This document shows, piece after piece, positions 1 through 10,375 of a stretch of 64,000 bases of DNA. The notes under the pieces were generated by a model that was not told the origin of the DNA, did not search any database, and was given only the letters and a program-made list of their open reading frames with translations. The number at the start of each line of letters is the position of its first letter. Position 1 is the first letter of the stretch. The position numbers and the translations under genes were made by a program. Origin of the DNA: Eubacteriales bacterium (GTDB lineage: Bacteria; Bacillota; Clostridia; Oscillospirales; QAKW01). Where the stretch lies: assembly GCA_045593905.1 (NCBI GenBank), contig JAZNXL010000024.1, positions 14,028-78,027 on the forward strand, in the 5' to 3' direction.

Positions 1-533
1 CAAGAATTGATAAGGTATACGGCAACGACAAGCTCCAGCCTGTAATTACAGCGCTTGGAACAAACATCGGTCCCGACTTTAATATCGAAAAACTCCGCTA
101 CGGCAAAGTTATTATTATGGCCGATGCCGACGTTGACGGTTCGCATATCCGTATACTTCTTTTAACCTTCTTCTTCAGATTTATGCGTCCGCTTATCGAA
201 GAAGGTCACGTGTATTTAGCACAACCGCCGCTTTACAAAATTTTAAAGGGCAAAAAAGATTATTACGCATATTCTGACGAAGAGCGTGATAGAATTTTAG
301 CCGAAATCGGCGACGGCGCTATGATTCAGCGCTATAAAGGTCTTGGTGAAATGAACCCCGAACAGCTTTGGGAAACAACTATGGACCCCACAAGAAGAAC
401 AATAGTTAAGGTAACAATGGAAGACGCTGTGCTTGCTGACCAAATATTCACAGTTTGTATGGGCGGCGATGTTGAGCCCCGCCGTGAGTTTATTGAACAA
501 AACGCACAGTACGTTAAAAATCTTGACATTTAA
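1..533 (+). CDS. gyrB: DNA gyrase subunit B, C-terminal part (5' end outside window)
   Basis: Open frame from the window edge. Contains TOPRIM/GyrB-C motifs [23 protein letters not shown] and [21 protein letters not shown], and is directly followed by gyrA. Confidence 0.97.
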   Translation, partial: RIDKVYGNDKLQPVITALGTNIGPDFNIEKLRYGKVIIMADADVDGSHIRILLLTFFFRFMRPLIEEGHVYLAQPPLYKILKGKKDYYAYSDEERDRILAEIGDGAMIQRYKGLGEMNPEQLWETTMDPTRRTIVKVTMEDAVLADQIFTVCMGGDVEPRREFIEQNAQYVKNLDI

Positions 534-544
534 GGTGATATAAA

Positions 545-3025
545 ATGGCAGACATTAAACATAGTAGTGAAATAGATTTCGAGGGCCAAAAGGTCATTGA
601 AATAGACGTTGAAAACGAGGTGCGCAACGCGTTTATTGACTATGCAATGAGCGTTATTACCGCACGTGCGCTTCCTGACGTACGCGACGGCTTAAAGCCT
701 GTTCACAGACGTATTCTTTATACAATGCACAGGGCAAACCTAACCCCCGATAAGCCGTATAGAAAATCGGCAACTACCGTCGGTGATGTGCTCGGTCACT
801 TCCACCCCCACGGTGACGCATCGGTTTATGATGCAATGGTTCGTCTTGCGCAAACCTTCTCATTACGCTATCCGCTTGTTGACGGTCAGGGTAACTTTGG
901 TTCAATCGACGGCGACGGCCCTGCTGCTTACCGTTATACCGAAGCAAGAATGCAAAAAATTGCACTCGAAATGCTAACTGACATTAAAAAAGATACCGTT
1001 GACTTTATGCCCAACTTCGACGATAAAGACGAAGAGCCTACGGTTTTACCCGCACGTTTTCCAAATCTTCTTGTTAACGGCTCATCAGGTATTGCGGTTG
1101 GTATGGCTACCGAAATTCCGCCTCACAATCTTTCAGAGGTAATCGACGGCACAATCGCGCTTATGGAAAACCCCGATATTGATATTGAGGGACTTATGGA
1201 ATATATCCAAGGCCCCGACTACCCCACAGGCGGTATCATTATGGGCAGAACAGGTATTCGTAACGCTTACAAAACAGGCCGCGGTAAAATTTACGTTCGC
1301 GCTAAAGCCGAGATTGAAGAACAAAAAGACGGTAGATTCAAAATTGTCGTAACCGAAATTCCTTATATGGTAAGAAAATCGGCACTTATCGAAAAAATTG
1401 CCGACGAGGTTAAGGGTGAACGCATTGTTGGTATTTCTGATATCCGCGACGAGTCAGATAAAGACGGTCTCAGGTTTGTAATTGAGCTTAAAAAAGAAGC
1501 AAATGCACAGGTTGTTTTAAACCAGCTTTACAAATACACCGAGATGCAGGCAACCTGCTCGGCTATAATGATTGCGCTTGTTAATAATGTACCAAAGGTG
1601 CTTAACCTTAAAGAAATGTTAAGCGAGTACGTTAAGCATCAGCGCAGCGTAATTACCCGCCGTACACAGTTTGATATTAATAAAGCAAAAGCAAGAGCGC
1701 ATATTCTCGAAGGGCTCATTAAGGCTATCGACTATATTGACGAGGTTATTGAAATTATTAAAAAATCAAAGTCAATTGCCGATGCAAAGGTTGCGCTTTG
1801 TGAAAGATTTGGTCTTGACGACCTTCAGGCACAGGCTATTGTTGATATGAAACTTGGTCAGCTTGCAGGCCTTGAACGCGACAAGATTGAAAACGAGTAC
1901 AAAGAACTTACCGAAAAAATTGCCGACCTTGAAGATATTCTTGCAAACGCATGGCGTGTTGACGAGATTATCAAGACCGACTTACTTGAAATTAAACGTA
2001 AATACGGCGATGCAAGACGCACCGAGATTGGTGTTGGTGAAATCGGTATTGAAGACGAAGACTTAATTCCTGTTGAAGACTGCGTATTCACTCTTACCGA
2101 CGCAGGCTACGTAAAACGTATTCAAACATCAGAATACCGTGCTCAGCATAGAGGCGGTGTTGGTGTTAAGGGTGTTAAAACAAAAGAAGACGACACCGTT
2201 CGCCAAATGTTTGTTGCATCAACCCACGATTATATATTGTTCTTTACATCACTTGGCAGAGTTTATAAGGCAAAAGGCTACGAAATCCCCGAGTGCTCAC
2301 GTACTGCAAAGGGAACAAGCGCTGTTAATATCATTCCGCTTATCTCGGGCGAAAAGGTTTCATCAATGATTAGAGTAAGCGAGTTTAACGATGATTACTT
2401 GTTAATGGTTACAAGAAACGGTACCGTTAAAAAGACATCAATGACCGAGTACTCACATATTCGTAAAACAGGTGTTATTGCAATAGTACTCGATGACGAG
2501 GATACACTCGACACAGTACTTAAAACAACAGGTGACGATAACCTTATTATCGCATCGCACTTTGGTAAGGCTATCAAGTTCTCTGAGGCAGATGTTCGAC
2601 CCATGGGCAGAGTTACCCGCGGTGTTCGCGGCATTAAGCTTGTGGAAGGCGACTACGTTGTTGGCGCTGCAATCGAGCAACCCGATTCGGCACTTCTTAC
2701 AATTACTGAAAACGGCTACGGCAAACGCACCGATACAAGCGAGTATCGTGTTCAGGCAAGAGGCGGTAAAGGTGTTGGTAACTATAACATTACCGATAAA
2801 ACAGGTAACGTTGCGGCAGTTGCCGTTACAACCGGCGAAGAAGATGTGTTACTTGTAACATCGGCAGGTCAGCTTATGCGTACCGCTACAAGCGAAATCT
2901 CAATGTTCTCAAGAACAACCAAAGGCGTTCGCGTTGTAAGACTTCCCGACGGCATTAAGGTTATTGATATGGCTCTTTCACAAAAAGAAGACGAAGAAGA
3001 AATAACCGAAACAACTGAAGAATAA
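545..3025 (+). CDS. gyrA: DNA gyrase subunit A
   Basis: 826 aa. Contains [26 protein letters not shown], the HPHGD motif, repeated C-terminal beta-pinwheel blades and an acidic tail. Confidence 0.98.
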   Translation: MADIKHSSEIDFEGQKVIEIDVENEVRNAFIDYAMSVITARALPDVRDGLKPVHRRILYTMHRANLTPDKPYRKSATTVGDVLGHFHPHGDASVYDAMVRLAQTFSLRYPLVDGQGNFGSIDGDGPAAYRYTEARMQKIALEMLTDIKKDTVDFMPNFDDKDEEPTVLPARFPNLLVNGSSGIAVGMATEIPPHNLSEVIDGTIALMENPDIDIEGLMEYIQGPDYPTGGIIMGRTGIRNAYKTGRGKIYVRAKAEIEEQKDGRFKIVVTEIPYMVRKSALIEKIADEVKGERIVGISDIRDESDKDGLRFVIELKKEANAQVVLNQLYKYTEMQATCSAIMIALVNNVPKVLNLKEMLSEYVKHQRSVITRRTQFDINKAKARAHILEGLIKAIDYIDEVIEIIKKSKSIADAKVALCERFGLDDLQAQAIVDMKLGQLAGLERDKIENEYKELTEKIADLEDILANAWRVDEIIKTDLLEIKRKYGDARRTEIGVGEIGIEDEDLIPVEDCVFTLTDAGYVKRIQTSEYRAQHRGGVGVKGVKTKEDDTVRQMFVASTHDYILFFTSLGRVYKAKGYEIPECSRTAKGTSAVNIIPLISGEKVSSMIRVSEFNDDYLLMVTRNGTVKKTSMTEYSHIRKTGVIAIVLDDEDTLDTVLKTTGDDNLIIASHFGKAIKFSEADVRPMGRVTRGVRGIKLVEGDYVVGAAIEQPDSALLTITENGYGKRTDTSEYRVQARGGKGVGNYNITDKTGNVAAVAVTTGEEDVLLVTSAGQLMRTATSEISMFSRTTKGVRVVRLPDGIKVIDMALSQKEDEEEITETTEE

Positions 3026-3027
3026 AT

Positions 3028-3055
3028 AAAAAAGCACTCTTACGAGTGCTTTTTT
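3028..3055 (+). terminator. Intrinsic terminator after gyrA (left copy of a duplicated hairpin)
   Basis: A-run, stem GCACTC, loop TTAC, stem GAGTGC, then T6. Almost identical to 3982-4008. Confidence 0.8.
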
Positions 3056-3057
3056 AT

Positions 3058-3297
3058 TTAAAAATCGTGCCTTGTTCCACAAGAAATACCGTTTTGCTCA
3101 AATAAACAAACAATGCATTCTATTTTTTCATAACAGTCAGTATCGTTTAAACTATCATTTAATAATATATTTTTTATTTCACATAATAATTTGTAACATT
3201 TTAATTCAAGCAACTGATTTATATTACAATCATTAAATTTAATCTCGATTGTTCCTTGATTTAAAGCATTAATCAACAGCTCTTTATATAGTTCCAT
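3058..3297 (-). CDS. Hypothetical 79-aa protein (helical, Cys-containing), in an AT-rich islet
   Basis: ORF with a strong RBS (GAGGAGGAAATT before the ATG). Divergent from an XRE gene. No family recognised. Confidence 0.55.
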   Translation of the reverse strand: MELYKELLINALNQGTIEIKFNDCNINQLLELKCYKLLCEIKNILLNDSLNDTDCYEKIECIVCLFEQNGISCGTRHDF

Positions 3298-3313
3298 AAT
3301 TTCCTCCTCAAAC

Positions 3314-3390
3314 TATGGGGGTTATATCCCCTTAATAAAAAAGATTATAACCCCCATAATAATTATTGTCAACAATAAGGGGGATATAAT
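3314..3390. promoter_or_regulatory. Divergent promoter/operator region with nested inverted repeats
   Basis: TATGGGGGTTATA (3314-3326) pairs with TATAACCCCCATA (3346-3358). TTATATCCCCTTA (3322-3334) pairs with TAAGGGGGATATAA (3376-3389). This gives four GGGG(G)-W-TATA half-sites in about 80 bp. Confidence 0.5.
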
Positions 3391-3391
3391 A

Positions 3392-3595
3392 ATGATTGTA
3401 TTTAATAAATTGTGGCAAATGATGGAACAAAAAGGCATTAGCACATATTATTTAAGAGAAAAGTGCGGCATTGACAGTAAAACTGTAAGGCGCCTTAGAA
3501 ATAACGAAAACGTCGAAACAAAAACACTTGATAAAATATGTAACGTTCTTGATTGTGGTTTAAACGACATAGCTGAATTTATAAAAGAAAAGTAA
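3392..3595 (+). CDS. XRE (Cro/CI-type) helix-turn-helix transcriptional regulator, 67 aa
   Basis: The pattern KGISTYYLREKCGIDSKTVRRLRNNENVETKTLDKICNVLDC is typical of HTH_XRE proteins. Confidence 0.8.
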   Translation: MIVFNKLWQMMEQKGISTYYLREKCGIDSKTVRRLRNNENVETKTLDKICNVLDCGLNDIAEFIKEK

Positions 3596-3609
3596 AATTA
3601 TAAATTATA

Positions 3610-3640
3610 AGATAACCTTTATATAAGGTTATCTTTTTTA
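3610..3640 (+). terminator. Intrinsic terminator
   Basis: AGATAACCTT / AAGGTTATCT 10-bp stem followed by a T-run. Confidence 0.7.
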
Positions 3641-3740
3641 TTAGTCGAAGGCTTTATATAGCCTAATAGTATCATATATAGCCTACTTTGTCAATATTAT
3701 AAGTCTATAATTAGTCTATATGGCAAAGAGAGGTTATATA

Positions 3741-3983
3741 ATGGACACATATAAAGTTGTAAAAGAAAGAATTATATGTTTGTGTGAGCAAAAGGGGATA
3801 ACAATTAATCAATTAGCAACCGATTCGGGTGTTGCCCCATCAACTATAAAAAATATTTTATATGGTAAAAGTAAAAATCCTGGAATTGTAACAATAAAAA
3901 TGTTATGTGATGGTTTAGGAATATCATTAACATCATTTTTTAATACAACAGAGTTTGAAAATCTTTTACAAGAAATAAAATAA
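3741..3983 (+). CDS. XRE-family HTH transcriptional regulator, about 80 aa
   Basis: Contains KGITINQLATDSGVAPSTIKNILYGKSKNPGIVTIKMLCDGLGISL. The ATG at 3741 has an AGAGAGG RBS, while the ORF-track start at 3720 has none. Confidence 0.75.
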   Translation: MDTYKVVKERIICLCEQKGITINQLATDSGVAPSTIKNILYGKSKNPGIVTIKMLCDGLGISLTSFFNTTEFENLLQEIK

Positions 3984-4008
3984 AAAAGCACTCTTGCGAG
4001 TGCTTTTT
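3982..4008. terminator. Bidirectional terminator (right copy of the duplicated hairpin) between the XRE gene and the DeoR gene
   Basis: A6, GCACTC, TTGC, GAGTGC, T5. Differs from 3028-3055 only in the loop base and T-run length. Confidence 0.8.
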
Positions 4009-4009
4009 A

Positions 4010-4765
4010 TTATGATAAAATTTCACAGCCGGATTGTAAAATAAGCTCTTTAAGCTCGGTTGGTATTTCACTGTCGGTTATTAAATAATCAAATTCTGAA
4101 AAATCGGCAATTTTGCATAAACAGGTTTTGTTAAGCTTAGAACTGTCACAAAGCAGTAAACGTTTTTTTGAATTTTTAAGCATACATCTTTTAACCTCGG
4201 CTTGATATGGCGAGCCTTCGGTTGCACCGTCTGATGAAATACCGCCGCACGAAATAATACAAAGGTCTGCGCGGTAGTTTTCTAAAAACCTGATTGTTTC
4301 GTGACCTATAACAGCATCTGAAGATTCGGTTGCTTCGCCGCCGCACAAAAGTACTTGCATACTATTATTTAGTATTGCTTTTATGCAATTTCTTATACCG
4401 TTTGTAATAACTGTTACGCCTTGTACATTATGTAATAAAGATATAACCTGTCCGGCACTTGAGCTTGAGTCGATAAACAGCGTTGTGTCAGTGCCAATAA
4501 AGTCGAGTGCAAGCTCGGCGATAAGACGTTTTTGGTGTATATTTTGTTTTTCGCGGATTGCGGCAGGGTTTTCGGTGGCGTTACCGCTTATAAGATATGC
4601 ACCACCGTGCGAGCGACCAATAGCGCCCGTGTGCTCAAGCTCTCTAAGGTCACGCCTGACTGTTGCCTCCGATACAAACAGGGCAGCTGCAAGTTCGCCG
4701 ACTGTTGCGCTTTTTTTAGTCTTTAATATATTTGTAATTTGTTCCTGACGTTCATTCTTAAACAT
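4010..4765 (-). CDS. DeoR-family transcriptional regulator
   Basis: N-terminal HTH (VGELAAALFVSEATVRRDLRELE) plus a DeoR C-terminal sugar-phosphate sensor domain. Divergent from rhaA. Confidence 0.9.
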   Translation of the reverse strand: MFKNERQEQITNILKTKKSATVGELAAALFVSEATVRRDLRELEHTGAIGRSHGGAYLISGNATENPAAIREKQNIHQKRLIAELALDFIGTDTTLFIDSSSSAGQVISLLHNVQGVTVITNGIRNCIKAILNNSMQVLLCGGEATESSDAVIGHETIRFLENYRADLCIISCGGISSDGATEGSPYQAEVKRCMLKNSKKRLLLCDSSKLNKTCLCKIADFSEFDYLITDSEIPTELKELILQSGCEILS

Positions 4766-4800
4766 AATTTTGTTCGCTTTTTAACATTTTCAACATATTT

Positions 4801-4818
4801 TTGCACAATGTTGTGCAA
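4801..4818. promoter_or_regulatory. Perfect palindrome TTGCACAA-TG-TTGTGCAA in the DeoR/rhaA divergent intergenic region
   Basis: Seen directly in the sequence. A related half-site, TAGCACATTGTTGT, follows about 25 bp downstream. Confidence 0.4.
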
Positions 4819-4937
4819 ATGTGTTCATATATTAGCACATTGTTGTCCATTTTGCAAGATATTGAGCAAATATAGACAAAAATTTTTTAATATGATAGAC
4901 TAAAAGAGTAAAAATAAAAATTTGCAGAGGTATACTT

Positions 4938-6197
4938 ATGGAAAACAACATTAAGCAAAGCTATGAACTTGCAAAACAAGCATATGCCAAAATCGGTGTT
5001 GATACCGACAAGGTGATTGAACAGTTGAAAAAAATCAGAGTTTCAATCAACTGCTGGCAAGGCGACGACGTTAACGGTTTTTTATTTAAGGATATTGCTC
5101 TTTCAGGCGGTATTCAAACAACAGGTAACTATCCCGGAGCCGCACGCACTGCTGACGAGTTAAGAGCCGACCTTGAAAAAGCAATGTCACTCATTCCCGG
5201 TAAGCACAAGCTAAATCTTCATGCTATTTATGCTGATACCGAAGAAAAAGTTGACCTTGACGAGCTTGAGCCCAAGCATTTTGAAAAATGGGTAGAGTGG
5301 GCAAAGAAAAATGAAATAGGTCTTGACTTTAACCCCACCTGTTTTTCACATCCGCTTGCTGAGTCGGGCTTTACACTTTCTTCAGCCGACCAAAAAACAA
5401 GAGAGTTTTGGATAGAGCACTGCAAGCGCGCAAGAAAAATTGCCGACTACTTTGGCAGAGAGCTTAACGATAAGTGCGTTACAAACTTCTGGTTCCCCGA
5501 CGGATATAAAGACATTCCCGTTGACCGCGAAGCACCCCGCACACGTATGATTAGCGCTATGGACGAGGTTATGGCTGAAAAATACGATGAAAAATACAGC
5601 CTTGATGCAATCGAGAGCAAGGTATTTGGTATCGGTGCTGAAAGCTACACAGTATTTTCAAACGAAACAGCTCTTGGTTACGCAATCAGCCGTAACAAAG
5701 CATACTGCCTTGACGCAGGCCACTTCCATCCCACCGAAGTTATCTCTGATAAAATTTCGTCGGTACTTCAATATACAAACGAGCTTTTACTTCACGTTTC
5801 ACGCCCTGTTCGTTGGGACTCTGACCACGTTGTTATTATGGATGACGAGCTTATGGCAATTGCGCAATCACTCGTTAGAACAAACCTTGTACAAAGAACA
5901 CATATCGGTCTTGATTTCTTTGATGCTTCAATCAACCGTATTGCTGCATGGGTAATCGGTACACGCAATATGATTAAAGCGCTTCTTCGTGCTTACCTTG
6001 AACCCACCGAAATGCTTAAAAAATTAGAAAACGACGGCGACTACACCGCTCGTCTTGCGCTTACCGAAGAATATAAGAGCTATCCCTTTGGCGCTATTTG
6101 GGACTACTACTGCTTAACAATGGGCGTACCCACACGCGAAAGCTGGCTTGACGATGTTAAAGAATATGAGAAAAAAGTTTTAGAGGAGAGAAAATAA
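4938..6197 (+). CDS. rhaA: L-rhamnose isomerase
   Basis: 419 aa with RhaA-typical length and sequence ([34 protein letters not shown]). Confidence 0.92.
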   Translation: MENNIKQSYELAKQAYAKIGVDTDKVIEQLKKIRVSINCWQGDDVNGFLFKDIALSGGIQTTGNYPGAARTADELRADLEKAMSLIPGKHKLNLHAIYADTEEKVDLDELEPKHFEKWVEWAKKNEIGLDFNPTCFSHPLAESGFTLSSADQKTREFWIEHCKRARKIADYFGRELNDKCVTNFWFPDGYKDIPVDREAPRTRMISAMDEVMAEKYDEKYSLDAIESKVFGIGAESYTVFSNETALGYAISRNKAYCLDAGHFHPTEVISDKISSVLQYTNELLLHVSRPVRWDSDHVVIMDDELMAIAQSLVRTNLVQRTHIGLDFFDASINRIAAWVIGTRNMIKALLRAYLEPTEMLKKLENDGDYTARLALTEEYKSYPFGAIWDYYCLTMGVPTRESWLDDVKEYEKKVLEERK

Positions 6198-7009
6198 TGA
6201 ACGATATTAAATCAGCTAAATTTTTTAAAGAGTTTTGCGCACTTACATCAAATATGTACCGCTTGGGCTGGGACGAGCGTAACGGCGGTAACGTTAGCCT
6301 TATGCTCGATGAGAATGAGGTTAAAAAATACATAGACGTAACAGATGTAAAACGCACCTTCCAAATTACATTTGACGCATCATACTTAAAGGGTAAAATG
6401 TTCCTTGTTACAGGCAGCGGTAAATATTTTAAAAACGTTGAAGCTGACCCCGAAAACAACATTGGTATTGTACGCGTTGGTGAGGACGGTAAAACAATGG
6501 AAATTCTTTGGGGCTATGAAGACGGCAGCCGTCCTACCTCAGAGCTTTCTTCACACTTTATGTCACACATTGAGCGTTTAAAGGTTGACCCCGAGCATAC
6601 AATCGTACTCCACACACACTGCACAAACGTAATCGCAATGACATTTATTCACTCACTCGACGAAAAAGAATTTACAAAAACTCTTTGGCATATGATTACC
6701 GAGTGTCTTGTTGTATTCCCTGACGGTATCGGCGTTCTTCCGTGGATGGTTTGCGGCACTGACGAAATCGGTTACGCAACTGCTGAAAAAATGAAAGACC
6801 GCAGACTTTGTGTTTGGGGTATGCACGGTATCTTTGGTACAGGTAAAAACATTGACGAAGCTTTCGGACTTGTTGAGACTGTTGAAAAGGCGGCTGAAAT
6901 CTATATGAAGATAGCTAATATGGATATTAAAGCTCACATTACTGACGACGAACTCAAAGCACTTGCAAAAGAGTTTGGTCTTACACCCAGAGCAGGTTAT
7001 TTAGATTAA
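6197..7009 (+). CDS. rhaD: Rhamnulose-1-phosphate aldolase (class II aldolase/adducin family)
   Basis: 270 aa. Contains GWDERNGGNVS and the His-rich metal site HTHCTNVIA....GMHGIFG. Start overlaps the rhaA stop. Confidence 0.85.
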   Translation: MNDIKSAKFFKEFCALTSNMYRLGWDERNGGNVSLMLDENEVKKYIDVTDVKRTFQITFDASYLKGKMFLVTGSGKYFKNVEADPENNIGIVRVGEDGKTMEILWGYEDGSRPTSELSSHFMSHIERLKVDPEHTIVLHTHCTNVIAMTFIHSLDEKEFTKTLWHMITECLVVFPDGIGVLPWMVCGTDEIGYATAEKMKDRRLCVWGMHGIFGTGKNIDEAFGLVETVEKAAEIYMKIANMDIKAHITDDELKALAKEFGLTPRAGYLD

Positions 7010-7017
7010 TACACAAC

Positions 7018-7048
7018 AAAAAAAGACACCCAGTCGGGTGTCTTTTTT
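7018..7048. terminator. Bidirectional terminator between rhaD and the PEPCK gene
   Basis: A-run, GACACCC, AGTC, GGGTGTC, T6. Confidence 0.85.
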
Positions 7049-7052
7049 ATTA

Positions 7053-8831
7053 TTATTTAAGGTTAGCTTTAAGAGTTTCGAGTTGGTTAACAAGCTCTTT
7101 GGGGAGTCTGTCGCCAAACTTTTTGTAGTGTTCTTCAATCTCTTTAGCTTCTTGTGTCCAGATGTCTTTATCAACCTCGAGAATTGATTTGAGTGTTTCA
7201 ATATCAAGGTCAAGGTCAGTTAAGTCAATATCTTCAGGACGCGGAACATAGCCGATAGCGGTTTCAACAGCATCAGCCTTGCCTTCGCAACGGTCGATAA
7301 TCCAGTTAAGAACTCTCATATTGTCGCCAAAGCCGGGCCAAATAAAGTTACCTTCGTCGTCGGTTCTAAACCAGTTAACGTTAAAGATTTTGGGAGCCTT
7401 GTCGCCAAGCTTTTTGCCCATTTCGAGCCAGTGTGCAAAGTAGTCGCCCATGTGGTAACCACAGAAGGGGAGCATTGCCATCGGGTCGCGGCGAACAACG
7501 CCTACTGCACCTGCAGCGGCAGCAGTTGTTTCAGAAGCCATAGCCGAACCAATGAATACACCGTTTTCCCAGTTCTTTGACTGGTAAACGAGCGGAGCGC
7601 ATTTAGCACGGCGTCCGCCAAATACGATAGCCGAAATCGGAACGCCTGCGCCTTTGTCAAATTCTTCAGAGATGCAGGGGCAGTTTTCAGCAGGAGCTGT
7701 AAATCTTGAGTTGGGGTGAGCAGCGCAGGTTGACTTGTCAGCCTTGTCAAACTTTGATGCATCCCAGGGGTTACCGCGCCAGTCGATAGCGTTTTCGGGT
7801 AAGTTTTTGTTAAGACCTTCCCACCAAACAGTGTTATCGTTTAAGCAGTGAGCAACGTTTGTAAAGATTGTGTTTTTCTTTGTTGATGCAAGAGCATTGA
7901 AGTTTGATTTTTCGTTAGTACCGGGAGCAACGCCAAAGAAACCGTTTTCGGGGTTGATAGCGTAAAGTCTGCCGTCGGGACCTATGCGCATCCAAGCGAT
8001 GTCGTCACCAACTGTCCAAATCTTGTAGCCCTTTTCTTTAAGGTACTTGGGCGGAATAAGCATTGCGAGGTTTGTTTTGCCGCAAGCTGACGGGAAAGCA
8101 GCTGCAATGTATTTAACTTCGCCCTGCGGGTTTTCAAGACCGAGAATAAGCATATGCTCAGCCATCCAGCCTTCTTTCCAGCCTTGGTAAGAACCAATAC
8201 GGAGCGCAAAGCATTTTTTACCAAGTAAAACGTTACCGCCGTAACCTGAGTTAACTGAAATAATTGTGTTGTCTTCGGGGAACTGGCAAATGTATCTTTG
8301 TTCAGGGTCAATGTCGCATCTTGAATGGAAGCAACGTACCCAATCATTGCTGTCGCCAAGAACCTCTAATACCTTCTTATCAACACGTGTCATAATGAGC
8401 ATATTAAGAACAACGTAGATAGAGTCAGTAACCTCAATACCGATTTTAGCAAGCGGTGAGCCGATAGGACCCATTGAGAAAGGAACAATGTACATTGTTC
8501 TGCCTTTGTAGCTGTCACGAGCGATGTCGTAAAGCTTTTTGTACATTTCTTTGGGGTCGTACCAGTTGTTTGTAGGCCCAGCATTTTCTTTTTCGCGTGA
8601 ACAAATGAATGTTCTGTCTTCAACACGGGCAACGTCGTTTACTTTTGTTCTGTGAAGGTAGCAGCCGGGAAGTTGCTCTTGGTTAAGGGGCTCAAGTTCG
8701 CCGATTTCACAAGCTTCAGCGCGAAGAGCGTCTCTTTGCTCATCAGAACCGTCAATCCAAACCACTTTGTCGGGGTTAACAAGCTCTTTAATTTCGTCGA
8801 GCCAAGCAACAACTGTTTTGTTTGTTGTCAT
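7053..8831 (-). CDS. pckG: Phosphoenolpyruvate carboxykinase (GTP)
   Basis: 592 aa. Kinase-1a motif FPSACGKTNLAML and the GTP-PEPCK core WMAEHMLILG. Confidence 0.95.
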   Translation of the reverse strand: MTTNKTVVAWLDEIKELVNPDKVVWIDGSDEQRDALRAEACEIGELEPLNQEQLPGCYLHRTKVNDVARVEDRTFICSREKENAGPTNNWYDPKEMYKKLYDIARDSYKGRTMYIVPFSMGPIGSPLAKIGIEVTDSIYVVLNMLIMTRVDKKVLEVLGDSNDWVRCFHSRCDIDPEQRYICQFPEDNTIISVNSGYGGNVLLGKKCFALRIGSYQGWKEGWMAEHMLILGLENPQGEVKYIAAAFPSACGKTNLAMLIPPKYLKEKGYKIWTVGDDIAWMRIGPDGRLYAINPENGFFGVAPGTNEKSNFNALASTKKNTIFTNVAHCLNDNTVWWEGLNKNLPENAIDWRGNPWDASKFDKADKSTCAAHPNSRFTAPAENCPCISEEFDKGAGVPISAIVFGGRRAKCAPLVYQSKNWENGVFIGSAMASETTAAAAGAVGVVRRDPMAMLPFCGYHMGDYFAHWLEMGKKLGDKAPKIFNVNWFRTDDEGNFIWPGFGDNMRVLNWIIDRCEGKADAVETAIGYVPRPEDIDLTDLDLDIETLKSILEVDKDIWTQEAKEIEEHYKKFGDRLPKELVNQLETLKANLK

Positions 8832-8900
8832 AGTGTTTTCTCCTTTGAGTTATAAAAATATCGTTTTAATTATATTAGTAATATCCAAAAAAAGCAATAA

Positions 8901-9698
8901 TTATTTGGTTAAATTGCAAAAAATTTCATAAATTTGCTGTGGTGACAGTTGTTCTGCACGGGTTGAAGGTAAAAAACCAAGCTGTTCAAGGGTTTTTATT
9001 GCATTTTGTTTTTGTGTTTGGTCTTTTAAAACCGATGTAAGCTTTTTTCGTCTTGCGCAAAAAACAGTGTTAACAAACTCAAAAAATTCATTTTCGATTT
9101 TAGTGTGGTTAAAATCAAGCACAACAACCGACGATGTAACGTGCGGTGCGGGTATAAAGCAGTCGGGCGACACGTCAAACAGCTTTGTCACCTTGCAAAC
9201 ACAGCCGGTCATTACCGATATTGCGCGGTAGTTTTTGTTGCCGGGCGCTGCGATTAATTTGTCAGCCGCCTCTTTTTGTATCATAATCACCGCGCGCTCA
9301 ATATACTCGCGGTTTTTAATAAGCTTTTTTAAAATATCCGATGTAATGTAATAGGGCAGGTTGCCAACAACCGTTACCTTTTTGCCGCCACAAAGCTCTT
9401 TAAAGTTAACCCTTAAAAAGTCGGCATATACCATTGTATGATTATTGCAGACGATAAGCGAAAAATCAGTAACCTCTTTAAGTGACTTGTCAATCTCAAC
9501 AGTTGTTACCGACCTAAACCCGTCGCAAAGTCGTTTCGATAAAACCCCAAGCCCTGCGCCAATTTCAATAGCGGTATCTGTTACTCCAAATGCCGCCGAT
9601 GCAATATCGTCTAAAATATCGTCACGGTGTAAAAAGTTTTGCCCGAGCGACTTGTTTGCGCTTATATTAAATTTTTGTATAAGCTGTTTTGAATCCAT
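8901..9698 (-). CDS. rsmA: 16S rRNA (adenine1518/1519-N6)-dimethyltransferase
   Basis: Contains LGQNFL, SAM motif IEIGAGLGVLS and GNLPYYITS. Confidence 0.93.
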   Translation of the reverse strand: MDSKQLIQKFNISANKSLGQNFLHRDDILDDIASAAFGVTDTAIEIGAGLGVLSKRLCDGFRSVTTVEIDKSLKEVTDFSLIVCNNHTMVYADFLRVNFKELCGGKKVTVVGNLPYYITSDILKKLIKNREYIERAVIMIQKEAADKLIAAPGNKNYRAISVMTGCVCKVTKLFDVSPDCFIPAPHVTSSVVVLDFNHTKIENEFFEFVNTVFCARRKKLTSVLKDQTQKQNAIKTLEQLGFLPSTRAEQLSPQQIYEIFCNLTK

Positions 9699-10246
9699 TA
9701 CTTGTTAATAGCTTTAAAGGTAGAAAGCATAACCTCTGAGTTCTGATTAAAGTAATCGTAATCAGCAGGCTCTGCAATAAACGAGTATACAAATACCACG
9801 TTTTTGTTTTTAATAAAAGTGTGTGCAATACGCAAAACACCGTCATTGGTCTCGCCCTCGTATACAATGCGATAAGCATCGTACTCGGCAACTGTGTACT
9901 CGCCTTCTGAAACAAGGTTATAGCCGTTTATTGTTTTAGGAAGCTCTGCAACATAGTCGCGAACGTAGCTGTCAAAGGCGAGTTCGTCTTTTGAAAGGTC
10001 GTATGCGCAAATGGTCACGTTATCGCGATACTTGTCGGCAATACCAACCGATGGTGTTACAAACGCAACAGAACGCTCTTTTTTAGAGTCTTTAACCTCC
10101 CAAAAATCAGGGTACTCAATTTGTATGCCAACAGGTGATGAGCGGTATAGCTTGTACCCCTCGTTTTCGGCTCTGTTCATACTGCAAGAGCAGGTTAAAA
10201 CCACAGTAATTATTAAGGTTAATGCAAATAAAATTTGCTTTTTCAT
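9698..10246 (-). CDS. Secreted or lipoprotein of unknown function
   Basis: N-terminal signal peptide MKKQILFALTLIITVVLTCSCS. Stop overlaps the rsmA start. Confidence 0.6.
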   Translation of the reverse strand: MKKQILFALTLIITVVLTCSCSMNRAENEGYKLYRSSPVGIQIEYPDFWEVKDSKKERSVAFVTPSVGIADKYRDNVTICAYDLSKDELAFDSYVRDYVAELPKTINGYNLVSEGEYTVAEYDAYRIVYEGETNDGVLRIAHTFIKNKNVVFVYSFIAEPADYDYFNQNSEVMLSTFKAINK

Positions 10247-10375
10247 AAAACGTCTCCAAATAAATAAAAATCATAGTAATTATATCATTTTTTCAACATA
10301 TTGTCAAATTAAGCAAATGTATTGTAAAGTAAATAATAATTTGGTATACTGTTATGAGTAAAGGAAGTAATACTT

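Noticed and set aside
3058-3297. 79-aa protein considered as a Spo0E-like phosphatase or a recognised toxin.
   Set aside because: It has no SQELD-type Spo0E motif and no toxin family signature that I can recognise. It is left as hypothetical.
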